A stretch of 10,581 nt of DNA from Deltaproteobacteria bacterium TL4 (GTDB lineage: Bacteria; SAR324; NAC60-12): the NCBI GenBank assembly GCA_051382335.1, contig JBBCAX010000431.1, positions 1-10,581 of the forward strand, read 5' to 3'. The translations under genes and the position numbers were made by a program. The notes under the pieces are model-generated. The model made no database searches. It saw nothing but the letters and a program-made list of their open reading frames with translations, and was not told the origin of the DNA. How positions within the stretch are numbered: the stretch's first letter is position 1; every line of letters starts with the position of its first letter. Shown here piece by piece: positions 1 through 6,508 of this stretch.

Positions 1-75
1 CGTTTTTTGACACATGGCCGAAAATGTGACCAACCCCAATGAATTCCTCCGTGAAACCTTATTTTGCAGGTTTTC

Positions 76-102
76 TTTCGTGTTTTTAGTGTTTTTCGTG
101 GT
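76..102. repeat. Short tandem repeat, 3 x 9 bp (tttcgtgtt / tttagtgtt / tttcgtggt)
   Basis: Directly visible 9-bp periodicity; reads AACCACGAAAAACACTAAAAACACGAAA on the - strand. Confidence 0.6.
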
Positions 103-225
103 TTTAAAAAGGTACCTGCACAGCTCGCAAATTTTTGAAAAGAAGTATCGCAGCATGGACGATGAATAATCGGGCCAGGGACGTCAACTCGGGGGTTCAA
201 GTTGCTGCCAGTTTTTAGTTGTTGA

Positions 226-320
226 TTGAACGACCACCAGCTAAAGCTGGGGGATTCAGTTTGCCGACTGAAAGTCAAGTGTGAGACTGGAAGTCCACCA
301 TGAGGCTAAAGCCCGCTGAA
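226..320 (-). mobile_element. IS200/IS605-family right-end-like remnant (no transposase)
   Basis: The - strand ends GAAT-CCCCCAGCT-TT-AGCTGGTGG-TCGT-TCAA: GAAT at the foot of an imperfect hairpin followed by terminal TCAA, the layout of IS608-type right ends. Two extra small hairpins (gactgaaagtc 266-276, gactggaagtc 285-295) and a half hairpin (ttcagcgggct) lie upstream. Confidence 0.65.
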
Positions 321-942
321 ATCGAGAGGAGGAGCTAAAGGCTCCGTCCTCTCACAGAACCGTGCGTACGGGTCTCGTATACGGCTCTTCATGCCAAACG
401 TATCCATGCGTTTAAGGGTTTCCAGTGATCTAATTGCTGATGAGAGATTGTTTTCAATCCCTGATTGCTAAACCATTGGTTATGCCAAGCCATTTCTACA
501 GCGTTCAGGTGTGAGAGTTTCCACTTTCCCTGAACTCTGTAGACACTGCTAGCCTTTATTTTCGAGATACCTCTTCCCCTAGTGGATGCAAACGTCGGAG
601 TTACAATGTCCACGAGATAATGAGTCTCCCTGGGTAAGACACGACTCTTTCTCCGCCCAACTATCTCCTCTACTACAGGGTTTACGTTCAGGATATTGGA
701 TTTCAGTGTCAAGCACCACCTCATCCACACCATGTTGCTTACCAGAGATTCACACAAGTTTAGCTGGCGGATTTGCCTAGACCTTCTTTCAGATTCATCA
801 TTGGCTCAACTACTCGTTGTCTCCCTCTTCTGAGGCGCCTAATTGAGTTTCTTTCGACACCCTTGGTTTCGGCTACACCTTCCCTCCTAACAGGGCGGTG
901 AAAGGACTTCCACTTCCTAGATTCGTGCCATGCCAGGCACAC
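321..942 (-). mobile_element. Group II intron, class IIC-like, internally deleted (622 nt)
   Basis: 5' end GTGTGCCTGGCATGG at 942. D1 motifs typical of IIC introns such as O. iheyensis I1: GAAGTCC, CAAGGGTGTC, AATCTGAAAGAAG, GGCAAA, GGATGAG, CTTACCCAGGGAGA. D5 GAGCCGTATACGAGACCCGTACGCACGGTTC at 387-357, D6 at 353-324, 3' end CTCGAT at 321. Confidence 0.92.
389..580 (-). pseudogene. C-terminal fragment (domain X/maturase end) of the intron-encoded reverse transcriptase
   Basis: Translation RGISKIKASSVYRVQGKWKLSHLNAVEMAWHNQWFSNQGLKTI matches the class C IEP tail pattern (G..W.LS....A..N..F...GL). The stop codon directly abuts D5 (TGAAGAGCCG), as in En-minus IEPs. No RT domains or YADD remain. 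The left boundary is approximate. Confidence 0.8.
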
Positions 943-948
943 GCTTTT

Positions 949-972
949 GCGGGCAGGATGCCCGCGCTCTCA
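949..972 (-). repeat. REP-like GC-rich hairpin; probable intron target stem-loop
   Basis: Perfect stem GCGGGCA-TCC-TGCCCGC (965-949) ends 6 nt before the intron 5' end. The context GAGAGCGCGGGCATCCTGCCCGC resembles GGAG-footed REP palindromes. Confidence 0.65.
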
Positions 973-1128
973 GGAAAGACTTATCTGAAAGTCTATAAAT
1001 TGGAATCTTAAAAATCAAGGGGCGCCGCAGATTCTTTTAAGCGGAGGCTCCACTCATTCATTCTTTAATGCAAAATATTGATATTTATCTATGGCAATTG
1101 TTTTTTTTGTATATACGAAAAACAAGTG

Positions 1129-1157
1129 TTGACATTTACTCATTGTAATGCGAATAT
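1129..1157 (+). promoter_or_regulatory. Putative sigma70 promoter of the fet operon
   Basis: Perfect -35 TTGACA (1129-1134), 17-bp spacer, TGn-GAATAT (extended, weak -10) at 1149-1157; AT-rich upstream tract. Confidence 0.55.
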
Positions 1158-1164
1158 TTCGCAT
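1148..1164. promoter_or_regulatory. Fur-box-like operator overlapping the -10 element
   Basis: Palindrome ATGCGAA-TAT-TTCGCAT; fits the Fur 7-1-7 geometry (TGCGAAT-A-TTTCGCA vs TGATAAT-N-ATTATCA) and lies upstream of an iron-uptake operon. Confidence 0.65.
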
Positions 1165-1197
1165 CGGTTCGTTTTTGAATTAAAAAATTCGTAATAG

Positions 1198-1333
1198 CTG
1201 AGGCATAAGGCACAAAGAGGAAAGATTGGTAGAATAGTAATGTATGTTCACGCTAAAAAACTTTCTGAGGCATAGAACTAAAATCTCCGCATTAGTTCTC
1301 TGTGCCTCTGTGCCTGTTGCCTTTGTGCCTTCA
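1198..1333. repeat. Nested inverted/short tandem repeat element in the fetM leader
   Basis: ctgaggcata at 1198 and 1265; aggcacaaag (1208-1217) complementary to ctttgtgcct (1321-1330); inner hairpin gaggcatagaactaa / ttagttctctgtgcctc (1267-1308); 7-8-bp tandem ctctgtgc units at 1298-1330. Confidence 0.65.
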
Positions 1334-1366
1334 TTACAAAATTCATATTCTTTCCCGAGTTTTTTT

Positions 1367-2971
1367 ATGATTTCCCACACAGACTGTTTCAAAAAAACTG
1401 ATTTTCATCGGTTCCCCTCTTTCATTACAGTATTGGTAGCAACTCTGTTATGGGCTATTTTCTGGGTGAGTCCTCTGCCTCTCAAAGCACAGGAAACCTA
1501 TCAGGAAATGGCGGCACAAATTAAGACGCTCTTGAATCAGGCGTTAGACGATTACCGTTCCGGTGCGATAGAAGAAGCCAAAGCCAAGGCTCAAGCCGCT
1601 TATTTTGAAATTTTTGAAAATCTGGAAGGACCGATTCGGGTCAATATTTCGGCTCAGAAAAGTTATGAACTGGAACGACAATTTGTAGCAATTCGCAAAC
1701 AGATTATCGCACAAGCTTCTGTGGAGCAAATTGAAAAGGCGATTCATGCGCTCACCTCTGAATTAGACCACGTAGTTGCTGAAATACAAGGGGACCCCCC
1801 CTCAACAACCCAGACTATGGCTGCGGATTCTTCTTCTAATTCCGCCTCTAATTGGGACAAGGTACAGCAACAAATCCTGCAAAAACTCCAACAAGCATTT
1901 GAATTATACCAGACAGGTTCTGCGGAAAAAGCTATTGCGTTGATCCAGGATACCTATTTTGATGTATTTGAAGCCAGCGGCATGGAAACTCAACTAGGCA
2001 GCCGTAACGCTGAGTTGAAAGAGCATCTGGAAAAGAGCTTCAGTCTTTTAGTGGCTCAAATGAAGCGAGGAACACCGATTTCTGAATTACAAAGCACGTT
2101 GGCTTCCATGACTACGGATCTTCAGCAAACAGTAGCCTTGTTGCAACAGGAGCAATCCTCCTTGGGTGCGCTCTTTCTCTATTCCTTAATGATTATTTTG
2201 CGTGAAGGGCTGGAAGCCATTTTAATTGTAACCGCCTTGATTGCGTATCTTCTGAAAATGGGACACCGTACTCAGCTTTCAGTCATTTACAATGCGTGCT
2301 TTGTCGCTTTGGGTGCCAGTGTGTTAACGGCTATTTTAGTCAAGGGCGTTTTCAAACTATCTGCCGCTTCGCAAGAAGTATGGGAAGGCGGAGCGATGTT
2401 ACTCGCCTCGGTGGTGTTGTTCAGCGTCAGTTATTGGCTGATTTCCAAAGCGGAAGCCAAGAAGTGGATGAATTATCTGCAAGGTCATCTTCAGCAAGCG
2501 CTGTCCTCCGGTTCTTTGAAAGCCTTATGGCTGACAGCCTTTTTAGCCGTTTATCGGGAAGGTGCCGAAACAGTCTTGTTTTACGAAGCTCTGGCCTCCA
2601 ATACAACCGCTATGGGAGGAATGAGTGTGGCCTTGGGATTCATCGTGGGGTGTATGGGCTTAGGACTGATTTATTGGGGAATGCGTTATGGAGTCCTCAA
2701 GCTGCCGATCCGTCCCTTTTTTATGGTCACAGGCATCTTGTTATATTTCATGGCCTTTGTCTTTGTGGGGCAAGGGATCATGGAACTCATCGAAGGCAAA
2801 ATCATCGAACCGTCGCATATTTCATGGGGGATGACCGTTTCCTTTATGGGAATTTATCCTTATTGGCAGACGACCCTCCCCCAACTGCTGTTAGTGATGG
2901 TCGCTTTGGTGGGAATGAAAGGGGTGTTTAAATTTCTCGACTTTGAACAATTTGCTCAATATTACTCCTGA
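1367..2971 (+). CDS. fetM: FTR1-family iron permease with N-terminal periplasmic helical domains (FetM/Cj1658-like)
   Basis: Two REGxE motifs (ILREGLEA, VYREGAET) in a multi-TM C-terminal domain; repeated periplasmic motif AYFEIFE / TYFDVFE; signal peptide ending PLKA. Start moved from 1244 to ATG 1367 because the upstream part translates repeat DNA. Confidence 0.92.
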   Translation: MISHTDCFKKTDFHRFPSFITVLVATLLWAIFWVSPLPLKAQETYQEMAAQIKTLLNQALDDYRSGAIEEAKAKAQAAYFEIFENLEGPIRVNISAQKSYELERQFVAIRKQIIAQASVEQIEKAIHALTSELDHVVAEIQGDPPSTTQTMAADSSSNSASNWDKVQQQILQKLQQAFELYQTGSAEKAIALIQDTYFDVFEASGMETQLGSRNAELKEHLEKSFSLLVAQMKRGTPISELQSTLASMTTDLQQTVALLQQEQSSLGALFLYSLMIILREGLEAILIVTALIAYLLKMGHRTQLSVIYNACFVALGASVLTAILVKGVFKLSAASQEVWEGGAMLLASVVLFSVSYWLISKAEAKKWMNYLQGHLQQALSSGSLKALWLTAFLAVYREGAETVLFYEALASNTTAMGGMSVALGFIVGCMGLGLIYWGMRYGVLKLPIRPFFMVTGILLYFMAFVFVGQGIMELIEGKIIEPSHISWGMTVSFMGIYPYWQTTLPQLLLVMVALVGMKGVFKFLDFEQFAQYYS

Positions 2972-3180
2972 ATAAAATCAGAGACTTATAAAGTCGTATT
3001 AGAATTAATGATAGGTTTGGCCTGAAAAACGGGAAATAATAACCTTGCATTAATTCATTCATAAAATAAAACCACTGATATTATTGAATAATTAAAACTA
3101 AAACCATGAATCAAATGTTCAAAGTCCAGTAAATTTAAAACCGTTTAATGATTCAATCTTTAATCAGTACAAGGAGAACT

Positions 3181-3705
3181 ATGAAAAAAATCACTTCCTG
3201 GATTATGACGTTAGGTATGGTGGTAGGCGCAGCTTCCACAGCGTTCGCTTTTAAAGAATATCCCCTTGGAGAAGAAAAAGAGATCAATCACATGACTATC
3301 GCTGCGGTTTATTTGAAGCCCATTGACATGGAGCCTCGAGGGATGGATTTACCCGCTTCGCAAGCGGATGTGCATTTGGAGGCTGACATTCATGCGGCTA
3401 AGGGAAATCCGAACGCTTTTGGAGCAGGGGAATGGATTCCTTATTTGACCATAAATTATCGTCTGGAAAATAAAGACACCGGCAAAATTAAAACGGGCGT
3501 CTTCATGCCGATGGTGGCCGCCGATGGCCCTCATTATGGTAGCAACATCAAGATGATGGGACCCGGCAATTATAAATTAACCTACACGATTGATCCTCCT
3601 TCCAAACAAGGATTTTCACGCCACACCGATAAAGAGACAGGCGTAGGCAAATGGTTTACAGTCTTCTCGGTTGATTTTGAGTTCAAGTACGTTCCCCTTC
3701 AATAA
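3181..3705 (+). CDS. fetP: Periplasmic Cu/Fe-binding protein P19/FetP/Tp34 family
   Basis: Motifs HLEADIHA, MPMVAADGPHYGSN, RHTDKETGV; Sec signal ending AFA; RBS AAGGAG at 3171-3176 before ATG 3181. Confidence 0.96.
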   Translation: MKKITSWIMTLGMVVGAASTAFAFKEYPLGEEKEINHMTIAAVYLKPIDMEPRGMDLPASQADVHLEADIHAAKGNPNAFGAGEWIPYLTINYRLENKDTGKIKTGVFMPMVAADGPHYGSNIKMMGPGNYKLTYTIDPPSKQGFSRHTDKETGVGKWFTVFSVDFEFKYVPLQ

Positions 3706-3715
3706 TTACGAGTCC

Positions 3716-5116
3716 ATGTCTTATTTTATTTATTTACTGCGCTCCTTTTTGCCTTTAGCCCTCGTCAGCGGGTTGTTGCTGGCTCGTTCTGCCGAGTCCA
3801 ACTCTGCTCATCGTCAGATAGTGTCCTTCCTGAAAGGGCTGACTGTAGGCCTATTGGCTGGAGGCGTTCTCTATACGTGGGCCATGTCTGAAGACCGAAT
3901 GGCGGAAGCTAAACTAGGAATTTATTTACTGAATGCCCTCGCCATGGTGGTAGCACTTTTAAGCCTGTGGCTACGTGATCCCTCTTCCTGGGGGGGACGC
4001 TTAGGGGTAGCCCTCTCGGTGTTGGCTCTCTCGGCGCTAGGAGCTTTTTTATTCCTCATCAAATTGTTGGAGGAAGGTTTTTCGGCAACTACCGTTCTGA
4101 ATACGGAAGCGATTCTTCACACGGCGAGTATCGTGTCAGGATTGATCCTGCTTGGCTGGCTTATGATCTTGGTAGCATACTTTGGTCATCCGTTGAAACA
4201 GCGTCTCCTCCTGATAGGCATGGGATTGTTGATCCTGATCCTGGAATTACGCTGGCTGGCTGAAATCCTGCTGGCGTTCATGCGCTTGGAAATACTCGAA
4301 GCCAATACCTTCCTGCTTTCTTTTGTAGCCAAACTACTCAGTAGCGACCCTTTCTTTCTTTATCTGCAATGGGGGCTATTTGCCGGATTGATTATTCTGG
4401 GTATTTTTGAGCGCAAGCGGGTGATGCCTGCCCCTCTCACGCCCCTTTCAAATGCCCAGCGTCGTAAGCAATTAAGCCAGGTGCTTCGGGAACAGCGTTG
4501 GTTATACAGTGCAGTGGCTACCTGGGTGTTTATTTTGGTCTCCGCTCTTTATTATGACTTGTATGCCTCCCGTCCGCCTACGCTTTCGCCAGCAACCGAG
4601 GTCAAAGCGGACTCAGAGAAAAGGGTGCGTATTAAAATCAAGGAAGTCGATGACGGCAAACTCCATCGTTTTGCTTACATCACGGAGGATGGACATCGCG
4701 TGCGCTTTTTCATTATCAATCGTTATCAGCAGAGTACGGATCTGGGGGTTGTTTATGATGCCTGTGTTTTATGTGGCGATCACGGCTACATTCAACAAGG
4801 CAAAGATATTTTATGCGCTTCCTGTAACGTCAAGGTGTTTGTGCCTTCTATCGGCAAAGTGGGGGGCTGCAACCCGATTCCTCTCGAACATCAAATTCAG
4901 GAGGGAGAAGTAAGGATTCAGGCCGAAACGCTGGAGAACGGCAAGTATCATTTTTCTGAAATTGTGTCCCTCTCCGTGAAGGATCCTGTGACCCAAAAAA
5001 CACTGCTCAACACCCAAGCGCCTTATCAGTACCAACATAACGGCCACACTTATTTTTTTGAATCCGAAGGATCGTGGCAACAGTTCAAGCAGTCTCCTGA
5101 AACTTATATTCCTTGA
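3716..5116 (+). CDS. fetA: Membrane protein with DUF2318 Fe-S domain and C-terminal YHS-like domain (FetA/Cj1660-like)
   Basis: About 8 hydrophobic segments, then DACVLC...CASC...GGCNPIP, then KDPVT...YQHNGHTYFFES..F...PETY. Follows fetP. ATG 3716 preferred over the overlapping TTG 3671. Confidence 0.9.
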   Translation: MSYFIYLLRSFLPLALVSGLLLARSAESNSAHRQIVSFLKGLTVGLLAGGVLYTWAMSEDRMAEAKLGIYLLNALAMVVALLSLWLRDPSSWGGRLGVALSVLALSALGAFLFLIKLLEEGFSATTVLNTEAILHTASIVSGLILLGWLMILVAYFGHPLKQRLLLIGMGLLILILELRWLAEILLAFMRLEILEANTFLLSFVAKLLSSDPFFLYLQWGLFAGLIILGIFERKRVMPAPLTPLSNAQRRKQLSQVLREQRWLYSAVATWVFILVSALYYDLYASRPPTLSPATEVKADSEKRVRIKIKEVDDGKLHRFAYITEDGHRVRFFIINRYQQSTDLGVVYDACVLCGDHGYIQQGKDILCASCNVKVFVPSIGKVGGCNPIPLEHQIQEGEVRIQAETLENGKYHFSEIVSLSVKDPVTQKTLLNTQAPYQYQHNGHTYFFESEGSWQQFKQSPETYIP

Positions 5117-5122
5117 GGTCGT

Positions 5123-6412
5123 ATGTTTTTGGTGTTGTTGAAAGGCTCATTAACAGGGAGCGTCAAAAAGAAGCTATTGGCTTTTCTGACGATTTTTCTG
5201 GCAGCTTCCTTGATAACGGCGTTGATGAATTTGTCGTTGAATGTAGGCGATAAAATGTCTCATGAGATGAAGTCTTATGGGGCAAACCTGTCCATTGTGC
5301 CCAAGAGTGAAAGCCTGCCTCTGGAAATCGAAGGAACGGATTATAACCCCTTGAGCGGAGAGTTTTTTCTGGAAGAACAAAACCTGTCCGCAATCAAAAA
5401 CATCTTTTGGCGTAATAACATTATTGGTTTTGCGCCTTTCCTGAAAATATCAGCAAAGGATGCCACAACAAACGGGGATGCCTTTATGTTAATGGGCACG
5501 TATTTTCAGCAAGGGATCCCTCTGTTTGATGAACCTCAGTTTCGTACCGGAGTGATTTCAGTCTATCCGTATTGGCAAGTTCAGGGAGCATGGCCTCAAG
5601 ATGAACAAGCCGAAGTGTTGGTGGGGAAGACGCTGGCGGAAGTCAAGCGTTGGAAAGCTGGCGATTCAGTCATCATTCGTTCTTCCCTCCAACAACAGGA
5701 ACAAAAAGTAACCATTCGAGGAATTCTGGAAACAGGCGGAGTCGAGGATCATAGCATGGTGGCGCCTTTAGCGCTGGTTCAACAACTAGGGAACCTGCCA
5801 GGGAAGCTTCATACGGTGGGAGTAAGCGCTTTAACGGTTCCGGAAAATACGCTTTCCCGTCGTGCTTACCATGATCCGGATACCTTGAATACTTCCGAAT
5901 ACGATCATTGGTTTTGCTCGGCTTATGTCAGTACGATTGCTCGTCAATTAGAAGACATCTGGCCTGGCAGTTCCGTGCGTCCGATATGGCAAGTGGCAGA
6001 AGGCGAGGGAAGGGTGATCTCCAAAATCCAACTCTTGATGGCCATCGTGACGTTGGCTTCGTTTGTGGCTTCAGCCTTGGGAATTGCTTCACTCATGAGT
6101 GCCACGATTCTGGAGCGCTCCAGGGAAATTGGTCTCATGAAAGCCTTGGGAGCCGCCTCTTGGGAAATTCATGGGCTTTTTCTGATGGAAGCAGGAACCA
6201 TTGGCGTGGCAGGGGGAATCCTGGGATGGGTTGCGGGAATTCTGCTTTCACAGGGAATTGCCTGGAATCTGTTTAATTCAGAAGTTTCTGTCGGCTGGGT
6301 GTTACTCCCTCTCATCCTGTTGATTTCCGTCTTGATTACCTTGGCGGGGGCGTGGGTTCCTTCTCGTTGGATTACCAGACTTCACCCGGCTGAGGTGCTG
6401 CATGGGCATTAG
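5123..6412 (+). CDS. fetB: ABC transporter permease, MacB/FtsX type (FetB-like)
   Basis: N-terminal TM, SYGANL motif, large periplasmic loop with WFCSAYV, ERSREIGLMKALGA signature, 3 C-terminal TMs. Confidence 0.92.
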   Translation: MFLVLLKGSLTGSVKKKLLAFLTIFLAASLITALMNLSLNVGDKMSHEMKSYGANLSIVPKSESLPLEIEGTDYNPLSGEFFLEEQNLSAIKNIFWRNNIIGFAPFLKISAKDATTNGDAFMLMGTYFQQGIPLFDEPQFRTGVISVYPYWQVQGAWPQDEQAEVLVGKTLAEVKRWKAGDSVIIRSSLQQQEQKVTIRGILETGGVEDHSMVAPLALVQQLGNLPGKLHTVGVSALTVPENTLSRRAYHDPDTLNTSEYDHWFCSAYVSTIARQLEDIWPGSSVRPIWQVAEGEGRVISKIQLLMAIVTLASFVASALGIASLMSATILERSREIGLMKALGAASWEIHGLFLMEAGTIGVAGGILGWVAGILLSQGIAWNLFNSEVSVGWVLLPLILLISVLITLAGAWVPSRWITRLHPAEVLHGH

Positions 6413-6461
6413 AAGCGGTTTTAAAACCCTACGTAGCTGAAAAATGAGATCCCTTCTCAAC

Positions 6462-6480
6462 CTGTTACCACTGTTACCAC
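6462..6480 (+). repeat. Perfect 9-bp tandem direct repeat (CTGTTACCA x2)
   Basis: ctgttacca-ctgttacca-c, about 30 bp upstream of the porin-like gene. Confidence 0.6.
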
Positions 6481-6508
6481 AATTGATTAACTTTTATAAA
6501 GGATGAAT

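Noticed and set aside
222..226. TTGAT as an ISDra2-like left target site
   Set aside because: The hairpin orientation (GAAT foot, terminal TCAA on the - strand) fits a right end better.
389..757. 122-aa minus-strand ORF as an intact gene
   Set aside because: Its N-terminal half is read through intron D1/D2 RNA; only the last ~60 codons are maturase-derived.
586..942. Short ORFs 586-780 (+) and 760-942 (-)
   Set aside because: They lie within intron structural RNA; the 942 GTG is the intron 5' end.
977..994. Small hairpin agactt..aagtct (similar one at 2982-2995) as a terminator
   Set aside because: Weak stems and no U-tract.
1244..1366. Longer N terminus of FetM, and ORF 1180-1392 (-)
   Set aside because: They translate the repeat element; the signal peptide fits ATG 1367.
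2296..2931. 211-aa alternate-frame ORF and other shadow ORFs within fet genes
   Set aside because: Fully overlap well-supported genes and show no recognisable motifs.
3045..3067. TTGCAT...TAAAAT promoter before fetP
   Set aside because: Spacer is only 11 bp.
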